A DNA stretch of 59,277 bases, taken from the NCBI GenBank assembly GCA_012521575.1, contig JAAYMD010000022.1, positions 1-59,277 of the forward strand, given 5' to 3'. This document shows positions 1 to 8,950 of the stretch, piece after piece. Origin of the DNA: Mollicutes bacterium (GTDB lineage Bacteria > Bacillota_I > Bacilli_A > RF39 > UBA660). Below the pieces are notes generated by a model. That model saw only the letters and a list, made by a program, of their open reading frames with translations, ran no database searches and was not told the origin of the DNA. A program made the translations under genes and the position numbers. Position 1 is the stretch's first letter; each line of letters opens with the position of its first letter.

Positions 1-71
1 AACCGCTATTTTTAACATGAAATTAATATTAAACAAAAAAAGATTTATATATACTTGTTTCAATCCAAACT

Positions 72-104
72 AAAAGAAGCATAAGTTTTATGCTCCTTTT
101 TTTT
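72..104. terminator. Rho-independent terminator hairpin, usable in both directions
   Basis: AGCATAA-gtt-TTATGCT stem preceded by an A-run and followed by CC+T8. It lies 3' of the minus-strand ORF that ends at 150. Confidence 0.55.
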
Positions 105-149
105 ATTATAAAATTGTATTTTCCTCATTATTTGACAAAAATAAAAAAT

Positions 150-785
150 TTATTTTTGAATCGATGTTAATTTGAAAAAATCATACAAAATTGGTGCAAT
201 ATTTGACCAGTTATTTTCTAATGCTTCATATATTCTATTTAATATTTTACTTTTATCTGTTTCTGTTTCGTTAAAACATTCATAATAAAGGTATCGAAGT
301 TTTTCAAGGTCATCAATTTGAATAATTTCCTTTTTAATGTATTCATCCATTTCAAGCTCTCGCCTTGTTTTAAATGGATCTTGTTCTTCTTTTTCTATAA
401 TTTTATATTTAATTGTTTTATCAGTTATGCGTTCACAAACATCTATAACTTCGTTTTCCTCATCAATGAGCATGCTTGATTTTAAAATACTCACACCCTC
501 ATCATCAAATACAACACCAATATTTGTTGTTCCATCACAAAATAAACACGCATATGTATATATACCTTTTAAATTTTTTGTAAAAACTTCCGTTTTGTTT
601 TTAAGTTGTTCTTTTAATTCTTGACTTATTTTTATCTTATTATTTTTAATTTTTATTAAATCTTGACTTGATATTTTCATAAGCGGAATTTTTCGAATGT
701 GAATAATTTTATCATTTATATTCCAATCATAAAATTCGTATACACGATCATGAAAATTAAGAATCACATCATAAATATAGTTCAT
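150..785 (-). CDS. Hypothetical cytoplasmic protein (211 aa), family not recognised
   Basis: Long ORF with no competing frame. The antisense ORF 337-624 is low-complexity. Its start overlaps the stop of the upstream small membrane ORF by 17 nt, suggesting translational coupling. Confidence 0.6.
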   Translation of the reverse strand: MNYIYDVILNFHDRVYEFYDWNINDKIIHIRKIPLMKISSQDLIKIKNNKIKISQELKEQLKNKTEVFTKNLKGIYTYACLFCDGTTNIGVVFDDEGVSILKSSMLIDEENEVIDVCERITDKTIKYKIIEKEEQDPFKTRRELEMDEYIKKEIIQIDDLEKLRYLYYECFNETETDKSKILNRIYEALENNWSNIAPILYDFFKLTSIQK

Positions 786-993
786 CTTTATTTCCTCCTG
801 GAATGTATATTGTAAGTACTATTATAATCAAACCAATAACTGCATAAAGACACTCAATTCTTCTAATAATAAAGTTAACATATTCTTTAAAATTATACCC
901 AATTGTCATTAAATTCATGTAACTAATAATATAAACACCACCAATTACTGTTAATCCAAAACCAACTAAAAACAGAAAAATTCTTATGAACAT
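769..993 (-). CDS. Small membrane protein (74 aa, two predicted hydrophobic helices)
   Basis: Two hydrophobic stretches (FLFLVGFGLTVIGGVYIISY and LYAVIGLIIIVLTIYI). Overlaps the downstream ORF. Confidence 0.5.
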   Translation of the reverse strand: MFIRIFLFLVGFGLTVIGGVYIISYMNLMTIGYNFKEYVNFIIRRIECLYAVIGLIIIVLTIYIPGGNKDELYL

Positions 994-1114
994 ATATCCA
1001 CCTATTAAATTATAAACATAAGTTTTAATTTAATGACAGTTTTAATGTTTTTTATAAATTATTTTAAATGCGCTAAATATGATGACAATTAATGTATAAT
1101 GTTTTCATAATTGT

Positions 1115-1144
1115 TTGACTCTAAAAGTTTAAATGTGATATGAT
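1115..1144 (+). promoter_or_regulatory. Candidate sigma-A promoter for the UPF0316 gene
   Basis: TTGACT (1115-1120), 18-nt spacer containing TGa, then TATGAT (1139-1144). Confidence 0.35.
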
Positions 1145-1237
1145 TTATATTATAAGGTTTATTAAATATTTATATTTTACAAATATTATTAAATAAATAG
1201 CAAATATTAATAGTAAAGATTTACAGGAGGTATTAAA

Positions 1238-1756
1238 ATGTTATTACTTGCTCTTAAAATATTTTTTGTTAGAATTTTAGATGTTTCGTTAGGAACAATT
1301 AGAATGATTTTAATAGTTAAAGACAGAAAAATTATTGCTAGTATTGTAGGTTTTATTGAAATTGCTATCTGGTTTGCAGTTGTTAAAGAAGCTATTAATA
1401 CTGATTCATCAAGTATGATAATTGTTGCGTCCTATGCCGGTGGTTTTGCTGTGGGAACATTAGTAGGAGCATATTTATCTGAAAAATTTATTAAAGGAAG
1501 TTTAAATGTTCAAGTTATCTCAAATAAAAATAAGAGATTGGCTAAATTTTTAAGAAAAAATGGCTTTGCTGTATCTGTTGTAAATGTTCAGGGAATAGAT
1601 GATAAAAACCCAAAAGAAATGTTAATTATAGAAGTAGATAAAAAAGAATTTAAAAATCTTCAAGAATTAATTAAAAAAGGTGATAGCAAAGCATTTATTA
1701 TTGTCAATGAAACTAAATATGTTCAAAATGGATATTTTAGAAATGTTATAAAATAA
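1238..1756 (+). CDS. UPF0316 family membrane protein (DUF5698/DUF2179, B. subtilis YebE-like)
   Basis: The N-terminus LLALKIFFVRILDVSLGTIRMILIVKDRK and the C-terminal soluble domain align by eye with YebE. AGGAGG RBS 7 nt upstream. Confidence 0.75.
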   Translation: MLLLALKIFFVRILDVSLGTIRMILIVKDRKIIASIVGFIEIAIWFAVVKEAINTDSSSMIIVASYAGGFAVGTLVGAYLSEKFIKGSLNVQVISNKNKRLAKFLRKNGFAVSVVNVQGIDDKNPKEMLIIEVDKKEFKNLQELIKKGDSKAFIIVNETKYVQNGYFRNVIK

Positions 1757-1792
1757 GTTAAGCAACACCATTAATTTTGCTTAACTTTTTTA
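1757..1792 (+). terminator. Rho-independent terminator
   Basis: GTTAAGCAA (1757-1765) pairs with TTGCTTAAC (1777-1785), followed by T6. Confidence 0.7.
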
Positions 1793-1900
1793 TTGTTAAT
1801 TTATTTATTAACAATATATTCATGTAATAGGTAATCGTTCACACCCTTTTTCGTATGATGAATATTCTATTATTGAGAATATAAGGAAAGGGTGAATTTT

Positions 1901-2335
1901 ATGTGTGATAAAAAACAACCTTGCAACTGTATTGCTGAAATACTTTCTGTCATATTGCTTTTACAAAAAAATAGTTCTAAAGATAAAAAATGTTTAGATA
2001 CTTGTGACAAAGGTTTTTTAGGAAACGATGTAGTGTGTCCAAAATATAATACAAGACCTGTAATGTTATATACTGCTTTTGGAAACGGAAAGCCTTGGGA
2101 AATGCCAGTATCTAAATCTGATGATTCTTGTGATGATTCAACAACAGAATGTTCTTCAGTATTTAGAATTGAAAAACTTGATGATTGCTGCGCCACTTTT
2201 AGAGTATTAAAGCCTTGTCCAAGAAGTTCAGAAGAACACTCTAAAACTTGGAAAGCAACTGATTCTTTTTTTACAATGGATTTAAGCTGCGTATGTGCAA
2301 TAAAATGTTTAAAAGACACAGTTGTAGATTTATAA
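1901..2335 (+). CDS. CotY/CotZ/ExsY-family spore coat (crust/exosporium) protein
   Basis: Cys-rich. VFRIEKLDDCCATFRVLKP and MDLSCVCAIKCL match the conserved FFRVEK..CCATL..L and VDL.CFCAI.CL blocks of B. subtilis CotY/CotZ. The ATG at 1901 follows an AAGGAAAGGGTG RBS, so the GTG at 1892 used by the ORF track is probably part of the RBS. Confidence 0.8.
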   Translation: MCDKKQPCNCIAEILSVILLLQKNSSKDKKCLDTCDKGFLGNDVVCPKYNTRPVMLYTAFGNGKPWEMPVSKSDDSCDDSTTECSSVFRIEKLDDCCATFRVLKPCPRSSEEHSKTWKATDSFFTMDLSCVCAIKCLKDTVVDL

Positions 2336-2338
2336 ATT

Positions 2339-2363
2339 AAAACAGGTTTTATACCTGTTTTTA
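2339..2363. terminator. Bidirectional terminator between convergent genes
   Basis: AACAGGT (2341-2347) pairs with ACCTGTT (2353-2359), with flanking A and T runs. Confidence 0.65.
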
Positions 2364-2681
2364 ATCAGCAAAGTCAATATCTAACACATCATTGATTGGA
2401 ATTAAATCATTTTCCATGGTTATCAGGTGGGTATTATTTTTTCCTATTATTTGTTTGGTTACAACTCCATCTTTTAATTTAATTTTGACATTAGCTTTAT
2501 ACACATATCTTGGAGAATTAAAAATTTCTTGAATTTTTTCTTCAACTGACATTTGATTTTTTTCAATAATCGATTCATTAAATTCTTCTTTTTTTTCTTT
2601 AAAACCATAACTAACTGTTTCATTATTATTAAGTACTTTATCAATTTTATTCGCAAACACTTTAGGTAATTCTTTTTTCAT
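2361..2681 (-). CDS. Hypothetical protein (106 aa)
   Basis: ORF with an AGGAGG RBS. Lys/Glu-rich N-terminal half and a beta-rich C-terminal half (KIKLKDGVVTKQIIGKNNTHLITMENDLIPI). Convergent with the CotY/Z-like gene. Confidence 0.5.
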   Translation of the reverse strand: MKKELPKVFANKIDKVLNNNETVSYGFKEKKEEFNESIIEKNQMSVEEKIQEIFNSPRYVYKANVKIKLKDGVVTKQIIGKNNTHLITMENDLIPINDVLDIDFAD

Positions 2682-2730
2682 ATAAAAATACCTCCTAAAT
2701 ATTTTTATGTTAACTATTTAGAAGATATTA

Positions 2731-3570
2731 CTAATAACTAAATTTTATTATAAAACTTCTTGAAGCAAAATAACCAATAATTAACAAACTAAAACCAATA
2801 GTAACATCAGTTAATGTATAAGATGATTCAAAAGCTTTTTCAAACATTAAAACAATTGAAGATATTGCAAAAGCAATTATTGCCCAATAAGTTTTAATTT
2901 TATAATTACTTAATAAATAATCCATTAACTTGATAAAAAACCAACTACCTATTAAAAGTCCAAGGCCAAAGGGAACAATAACTTTAATATTTACTATAAA
3001 AATATTTAAATTGCTTAAATTACTAAACATTTCAATTAAAACATGATATAAACCAAGCGCCATTAAAACAGCAGTTCCACTAATACCTGGAATTATCATC
3101 GTTGCCGCTTCAATTATACCAATAACAAACATGATTAAAGGATTTCCTTCAATATTTATTTGATGAGTTTGTTCTGATAAAATTAATGATAAGGATAGAA
3201 TAAAAAATATAATAAATATAAAAATGTTATTTATATTCGATGTTCCTTCTATTTCTTTTAAAACTGAAGGAATACCTCCTAAAATTAAACCAATAAACAT
3301 ACAAATGATTATGAATGCATAATGAATTAGTAGTAACTGGATTAGTTTGCTTATTAGTACAACCGCAACTAAAATACCACTTCCAACCAATAATAAAAAT
3401 TTTGTATTATCTTTTATATCATCAAAATAATGAGTAATCGATCTTATTCCTTTTTCATAAAGACCTAAGATCATCATAATCATTGAACCACTAAGACCAG
3501 GAATAATTTTACCAATTCCAATAATTACTCCTTTAACAAATAAAATTATATTTTCCATATATATCTCCAA
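2731..3570 (-). CDS. DUF368 family membrane protein (family linked to undecaprenyl-phosphate translocation)
   Basis: Duplicated IPG(L/I)SG(S/T) motifs (IPGLSGSMIMMILGLYE and IPGISGTAVLMALGLYH) in a polytopic protein. The true start may be the MENI Met at 3558. Confidence 0.7.
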   Translation of the reverse strand: MEIYMENIILFVKGVIIGIGKIIPGLSGSMIMMILGLYEKGIRSITHYFDDIKDNTKFLLLVGSGILVAVVLISKLIQLLLIHYAFIIICMFIGLILGGIPSVLKEIEGTSNINNIFIFIIFFILSLSLILSEQTHQINIEGNPLIMFVIGIIEAATMIIPGISGTAVLMALGLYHVLIEMFSNLSNLNIFIVNIKVIVPFGLGLLIGSWFFIKLMDYLLSNYKIKTYWAIIAFAISSIVLMFEKAFESSYTLTDVTIGFSLLIIGYFASRSFIIKFSY

Positions 3571-3602
3571 TAAATAGTATGCCTATTTATTTTTTTTATT
3601 CC

Positions 3603-4616
3603 TCAATCAAAATAATCAATCATCATATTTTTACGAACACGATTCATTACTTCTTTAGCTTTAATCCTTGCTTTTTCTGTTCCTGTTTTCAAAATTTCAT
3701 CCACTATTTCTGAATGTTCTTCATAATATTTTCTTTTTTCTTGAATTGGTTTTAAAAAGTTCATCATACTTTCAATTAATTCTTTTTTACAATCAACACA
3801 ACCACGGCTTCCTGCCCGACATTCCTTGTTTACAGTTTTTAAATTTTCTTTATTTACTAAATTATGATAGTAATAAACCATACAATTATCAGGATTACCA
3901 GGATCATTTTTTCGGATTTTATTAGTATCAGTAATTGCACCCATAATTTTTTTGGAAACTATTTCTCTATTATCACTTAAAAAGATAGCATTATTTAAAC
4001 TTTTTCCCATTTTTTCATTACCATCTAAACCTTTAATTCGGGGTGTTTCACTTAAATAAGCTTGTGGTTCTTTTAGCGTTTGTCCATAAATTGAATTAAA
4101 TTTTCTAACTATTTCTCTACATTGCTCAATCAATGGAAGTTGATCTTCACCAACTGGTACAAGTTCACCTTCTAAGGCAGTAATATCAGCCGCTTGACTA
4201 ACTGGATATCCTAGAAAACCATAAGTAACACTTTCGCCTTCTTTTCCAAATAAATTCTTTTTTTGTTTTATTTCTACTTTAACAGTTGGATTTCGATAAA
4301 GACGAGCGATTGTTACCATGTTTGAATAAAAAACAGTTAGTTCAGCTATTTCGGGAATCATCGACTGAACAAAAATAGTTGACTTTTTCGGATCAATTCC
4401 TGAGGATAATAAATCAATAGCAACTTCACGTACACTTTCTCTTACTTTTTCTGGATTATGAAAATTATCCGTTAATGCTTGAACGTCAGCAAGTTCAATG
4501 TAAGTGTTATATTTGTCCTGCAATTTGGTCCAATTGATAATGGCTCCAAAATAATGTCCCAAATGAAGTTTTCCTGTTGGACGAATACCAGTTAATATGT
4601 TTTTTTTCTTTTCCAT
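3603..4616 (-). CDS. trpS: Tryptophan--tRNA ligase
   Basis: Class I HIGH-type motif (TGKLHLGHYFG) and KMSKS-type motif (KMGKS). The 337-aa length is typical of TrpRS. Confidence 0.9.
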   Translation of the reverse strand: MEKKKNILTGIRPTGKLHLGHYFGAIINWTKLQDKYNTYIELADVQALTDNFHNPEKVRESVREVAIDLLSSGIDPKKSTIFVQSMIPEIAELTVFYSNMVTIARLYRNPTVKVEIKQKKNLFGKEGESVTYGFLGYPVSQAADITALEGELVPVGEDQLPLIEQCREIVRKFNSIYGQTLKEPQAYLSETPRIKGLDGNEKMGKSLNNAIFLSDNREIVSKKIMGAITDTNKIRKNDPGNPDNCMVYYYHNLVNKENLKTVNKECRAGSRGCVDCKKELIESMMNFLKPIQEKRKYYEEHSEIVDEILKTGTEKARIKAKEVMNRVRKNMMIDYFD

Positions 4617-4627
4617 AAATATTCCTC

Positions 4628-5911
4628 CTATTTTCTACTAATTATGAATAAATACATAGCTGCTAAAACATCTTTTTCAAAAATAAGTGCTAGCTTACAC
4701 AATTCTTTTTTTATTTTTGGTTTTTCCTGCATTAACAATATTTTATTATACAAGTATTTAATAAAATAAACTCTATCTGCTAATTTAATTGTCTCTTTAT
4801 TTTTAATCTTTTTTTCAATTAATTTCACATTAAAGTCTTCATAAATTAAAAATTTTTCAATTAATAACTTATTATATTTATCAATACGATAAATTAAATA
4901 ATCCTCTAATTTAAAAAGTTCACCTAAGTATTCAACTATTTCATTTATAACATTTTGACTCTTTATTAATTTTTCATTTAAAATTACAGAAAATCTTCTT
5001 TTAGCCAATACTTCCTTTACTAATCTTTGATTTTTTTTATCAAGATCAGTCATATCTAAAATAGTATTTCTAAGCTTTTTAAAATATTTATTAAAATTCT
5101 TTTGCAAATGATTTTTTCTAAAAGTATATTTCTTACCATCAAGTTTATTAAATGTTTTCATCGCATCATTATATCCCAGTTTCATGCTGCGGCGAGCAAA
5201 TTTGCTGTCAAAAAATAAAAATGAGTCTAATTTATTGCGAGGCGAAATGTAAGTTATAGGAATGTTTTTTTCTTTAACTTTTTTTGATAAACCAAAAGAA
5301 TCTAAATCTACAGCAATTATTTCAGTAGCACCCATCTTAATGGCTTGATTTATAGGTATTTTATCATAATATGCTCCGTCAATAAAAAGATCACTATCAA
5401 TTTGTTTCATTTTAAAGGCCGGAAAACAAGTTGCTGATGCAATTAGATAATCTTTTAATTTTTCGCGTGAAATTTCCTTTTTAGTTAATAACACTGGTTT
5501 AAAACTAGACAAATTAACAGTAACCAAACCATAATCAATGGGTGAATTGTAAAATTTTTTATAATTAATATATTTATCCATTGTTGTTTCTAATCTGCTT
5601 ATATCCATACCACCGTGCAATAAGGCATTCGACATATATTTTTTAAAAATAGCAACTTTTCCTTTAAAAGTAGTTAAATCACCTTCCATAGGTTCATTAA
5701 AAATTAAATTAAAGTTTATGTTATACCACATATTTCTTGCTTTAAAATATTCCTTTTGTACCATCAATGCACCATTTAGTGCTCCAACAGATGTTCCTGT
5801 TACAATATGATAATCCATTTTTAGTTTTCGAAGAGCGCGCCACACTCCTATTTGATAGGCTCCTTTTGCTCCTCCACCTGATAACACAATTGCCCGTTTC
5901 ATTTTTTTCAC
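4628..5911 (-). CDS. Patatin-like phospholipase family protein
   Basis: GGGAKGAYQIG oxyanion motif, GTSVGALNG serine lipase motif and a DGAYYD catalytic Asp motif. Confidence 0.85.
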   Translation of the reverse strand: MKKMKRAIVLSGGGAKGAYQIGVWRALRKLKMDYHIVTGTSVGALNGALMVQKEYFKARNMWYNINFNLIFNEPMEGDLTTFKGKVAIFKKYMSNALLHGGMDISRLETTMDKYINYKKFYNSPIDYGLVTVNLSSFKPVLLTKKEISREKLKDYLIASATCFPAFKMKQIDSDLFIDGAYYDKIPINQAIKMGATEIIAVDLDSFGLSKKVKEKNIPITYISPRNKLDSFLFFDSKFARRSMKLGYNDAMKTFNKLDGKKYTFRKNHLQKNFNKYFKKLRNTILDMTDLDKKNQRLVKEVLAKRRFSVILNEKLIKSQNVINEIVEYLGELFKLEDYLIYRIDKYNKLLIEKFLIYEDFNVKLIEKKIKNKETIKLADRVYFIKYLYNKILLMQEKPKIKKELCKLALIFEKDVLAAMYLFIISRK

Positions 5912-5974
5912 CTGCTTTTATTTATATATATAAAAATATTGTAATTTAATTATACCACGAGATTTAAAATTATT

Positions 5975-6005
5975 ACAAAAAAGCATAATGAAAAGATCAT
6001 TATGC
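5975..6005 (-). terminator. Rho-independent terminator downstream of rbfA
   Basis: GCATAATGA (5983-5991) pairs with TCATTATGC (5997-6005). On the minus strand the stem is followed by T7. Confidence 0.65.
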
Positions 6006-6203
6006 AAAAAAATATGTTTTTTGAATGTGTATATGTACTTTTTTAAAATTTGGTTGACTTTCTAGGATAATCATATTACTTCAAATTTAATTTGAGGTAA
6101 AAATATTTAACAAAGGATTTACTTTAATAGTAGTCTAGCTATTATATTATGATTTCCTAAACAGCCAACCTATAATTATTTTACCACAAATTTTTACAAT
6201 TTG

Positions 6204-6551
6204 TTATTTTTTTTCATCTTTATGAAGTTCATTAATGATTTTTTCAATTTTCATACCATACTCAATTGATTCATCATAAACAAAAGTCAATTCTGGTAAA
6301 TGTCTAATTTCTATATAATCAGCAAGTTTTGTTCTGATAAAACCACGAGCATTGTTTAAAGATTTTAAAATTTCTTCACGTTTATCATCTTCCAATACAG
6401 TAACATAAACTTTTGCATAACTTAGATCAGATGATAGTTTAACATCGGTTACTGTTACAAATTGAATGTTTTTATCTTTTATTTCTGTTGCTAATATATA
6501 ACTTATTTGCTTTAGTAAACTATTGGATAATCGATTAAGTTTCATATTCAT
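6204..6551 (-). CDS. rbfA: Ribosome-binding factor A
   Basis: 115 aa, lies immediately after infB, RbfA-like sequence (VTVTDVKLSSDLSYAKVYV). AGGTGG RBS. Confidence 0.9.
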   Translation of the reverse strand: MNMKLNRLSNSLLKQISYILATEIKDKNIQFVTVTDVKLSSDLSYAKVYVTVLEDDKREEILKSLNNARGFIRTKLADYIEIRHLPELTFVYDESIEYGMKIEKIINELHKDEKK

Positions 6552-6562
6552 ATTATCGCCAC

Positions 6563-8647
6563 CTATTTTTTAAATTTCACAATTTCAAAAGCTTCAATAA
6601 TATCTCCTACTTTAATATCATTGTAATTTTCAATAGTAATACCACATTCAAAACCTTTTTTCACTTCTTTTACTGGATCTTTTAATCGTTGAAGACTTCC
6701 TATTTTCCCAGTATAAATAACGATTCCATCACGAATAACACGAACTTGTGCATTAGATTTAATTACACCATCTACAACATATGAACCAGCAATTACTCCT
6801 ACTTTTGAGAATGTAAATAGTTGACGAACTTCTGCGCTTCCAAGCACTTGTTCTTCAGAATCTGGTTCAAGCAAACCTTTCATAGCAGCTTCAACATCTT
6901 CAACAACTTTATATATAACATCATACAATCTAATTTCGACTTCATTTTCTTTAGCAATATTTCTAATTTCACTGTTTGGTCGAACATTAAATCCAATTAA
7001 AATAGCATCGGCAGCTTTTGCTAATAAAATGTCACTTTCAGTAATTGTCCCAACACCTGTTCGAATAACTTTAACACGGACATCTTCAACTTCAATTTTT
7101 TCTAATGTTGTCTTTAATGCTTCAGCGCTTCCGTTGGTATCAGCTTTAACTATGATGTTGATGTTTTTTACTCCTTGTTGGATTTTAGAAAATAAATCAT
7201 CTAATTTCATGACTTCTTTTGTTATATTACTATTTTCTTCTGCTTTTCTTTTTCTTTCTTCGGCAATTTTTCGTGCTTCTTTTTCTGTTTCAAAAGCCAT
7301 GAATTTATCGCCTGCTTCTGGAACTTCATTTAAACCAGTAATAAAGACTGGTTTTGATGGTGATGCTTCCGCAAGATCATGTCCATTTTCATCTTTCATA
7401 GTTCTTATACGTCCATAACAAGTTCCGCAGACCACAGGATCACCAATTCTTAATGTTCCATTTTGTACAATTAAAGTTACTAAAGGTCCAACAAATTTAT
7501 CTAAACTAGCTTCGATAACGGTTCCACTAGCATAACGTTTTGGATTTGCTCTATAGTTTTGAAGTTCAGCAATTAATAAAATGTTTTCTAATAGATCTTC
7601 AATTCCTTCACCAGTTAATGCTGAAATTTTTGTATAAAGAGTATCTCCGCCCCAAATATCAGGCATTAATCCATGTTCTGATAATTCAGTCATTACTTTT
7701 TCTGGATTAGCATCTGGTTTATCAATTTTATTAATTGCAACGATAATAGGTACATTTGCTGCTTTAGCATGATCGATTGCTTCTACAGTTTGAGGCATAA
7801 CACCATCATCAGCCGCAACAATTATGATAACAATATCGGTAACACTAGCACCTCTAGCACGCATTCCTGTAAAAACTTCATGCCCTGGGGTATCAATAAA
7901 TGTAATTAACTGATCTTTATATTTAGTTTGATACGCTCCTATAGCTTGCGTTATTCCACCAGCTTCGCTTTCAGCGATGTTAGCTTTTCTAATAGTATCA
8001 AGTAAAGTGGTTTTTCCATGGTCAACATGTCCCATTATAGTTACTATTGGTGGTCGTGGAACAAGGTCTTTATCATCATCTACAATTTCAAATTCTTCAA
8101 AGTTCGAAATATCAACCGCTTCTTCTCTTTTTAATTCTTTATTGTAGTCAATAGCAACAATTTCAGCACTTTCATAACTTATATTATTATTAATTGTTGC
8201 TACTATTCCTAAAGAAAATAATTTTTTAATGACTTCTGTAGGATTTATATCAAGTGCTTCAGCAAACTCCTTTACAGTCATATTTTCTCTGTAAATAACT
8301 ATATTATCATTATTTTTCGTAACATTCGAGGTTAATTTTTCTTTCTTTTTATACATTTTTTTCTTTTGTTTAGCAAATTCAGCCTTTGAATGATTGGTGT
8401 TTGTTTTTTTCTTATTTCCCTTTAAAAACTCTTTGGAATCATCCATTTTTATTTTTGTAGAGTTTACTAATTCTTCTAAATCTTCATCTTCAACTTCTAA
8501 ATTAATAAAATTATCAAGTTCTACAATATCATCTTCTGATAGCATATCTTCTTTACTAAAAGCATTAATACCTATTTCCCTACAATAATTCAAAATTTCC
8601 TCTACAGTCTTTTGCATTTCTAATGCATATTCTTCAACACTCATCAT
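6563..8647 (-). CDS. infB: Translation initiation factor IF-2
   Basis: GTPase motifs [17 protein letters not shown] and NKID. Start set at ATG 8647 (MMSVEE) because the GTG used by the ORF track lies inside the AGAGGTGA RBS. Confidence 0.95.
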   Translation of the reverse strand: MMSVEEYALEMQKTVEEILNYCREIGINAFSKEDMLSEDDIVELDNFINLEVEDEDLEELVNSTKIKMDDSKEFLKGNKKKTNTNHSKAEFAKQKKKMYKKKEKLTSNVTKNNDNIVIYRENMTVKEFAEALDINPTEVIKKLFSLGIVATINNNISYESAEIVAIDYNKELKREEAVDISNFEEFEIVDDDKDLVPRPPIVTIMGHVDHGKTTLLDTIRKANIAESEAGGITQAIGAYQTKYKDQLITFIDTPGHEVFTGMRARGASVTDIVIIIVAADDGVMPQTVEAIDHAKAANVPIIVAINKIDKPDANPEKVMTELSEHGLMPDIWGGDTLYTKISALTGEGIEDLLENILLIAELQNYRANPKRYASGTVIEASLDKFVGPLVTLIVQNGTLRIGDPVVCGTCYGRIRTMKDENGHDLAEASPSKPVFITGLNEVPEAGDKFMAFETEKEARKIAEERKRKAEENSNITKEVMKLDDLFSKIQQGVKNINIIVKADTNGSAEALKTTLEKIEVEDVRVKVIRTGVGTITESDILLAKAADAILIGFNVRPNSEIRNIAKENEVEIRLYDVIYKVVEDVEAAMKGLLEPDSEEQVLGSAEVRQLFTFSKVGVIAGSYVVDGVIKSNAQVRVIRDGIVIYTGKIGSLQRLKDPVKEVKKGFECGITIENYNDIKVGDIIEAFEIVKFKK

Positions 8648-8668
8648 TGGCGTCACCTCTTTCTAATT

Positions 8669-8938
8669 TTAATTTTGCTCTTCTACTATCTGTCTTAATT
8701 CATCATAAATTGAATCAGGTATTTCTACCTCTAAATGCTTTTCTAAAATTTTACTTTTTTGTGCTTTATTTATAACTTCTATATCTTTTTTCAAATATGC
8801 TCCTCGACCATTTTGTTTACCTGTTAAATCAACAATAACCTCACGTTCTGGTGTTCGAACAACACGAATTAATTCTTTTTTTTGTAGTTGTTCTTTAGTA
8901 ATAACACATCTTCGCATAGGTATTTTTCTTTTTTTCAT
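8669..8938 (-). CDS. ylxR: YlxR/RnpM family RNA-binding protein (DUF448)
   Basis: KRKIPMRRCVITKE...GRGAYL motif and position between nusA and infB. Start at 8938 follows an AGGGTGA RBS. Confidence 0.85.
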   Translation of the reverse strand: MKKRKIPMRRCVITKEQLQKKELIRVVRTPEREVIVDLTGKQNGRGAYLKKDIEVINKAQKSKILEKHLEVEIPDSIYDELRQIVEEQN

Positions 8939-8950
8939 GATCATCACCCT

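Noticed and set aside
72-100. Near-identical hairpins TAAAAGAAGCATAA..TTTATGCT at 71-96 and 15511-15537, considered as a possible dispersed repeat or MITE.
   Set aside because: Only about 25 nt are shared and both are ordinary terminator stem-loops at gene ends. There are no flanking direct repeats or extended homology.
337-624. Antisense and alternative-frame ORFs from the six-frame track. Examples are 337-624, 2474-2656, 3668-3925, 7029-7418, 13197-13631, 17822-18115, 23334-23726, 26591-26929, 26997-27308, 55231-55596 and 57385-57651.
   Set aside because: All are nested in or antisense to genes with unambiguous conserved products. Their translations are Ser/Phe/Ile/Leu-rich low-complexity sequences typical of shadow ORFs in AT-rich DNA.
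1870-2319. 149-aa ORF antisense to the CotY/Z-like gene.
   Set aside because: The plus-strand frame has strong family-specific motifs and a good RBS. The antisense frame has no recognisable features.
4617-4627. Expected T-box leader upstream of trpS.
   Set aside because: Only 11 nt separate trpS from the upstream patatin-like gene, and about 60 nt separate that gene from the rbfA terminator. There is no room for a T-box, so trpS appears co-transcribed with the lipase gene.
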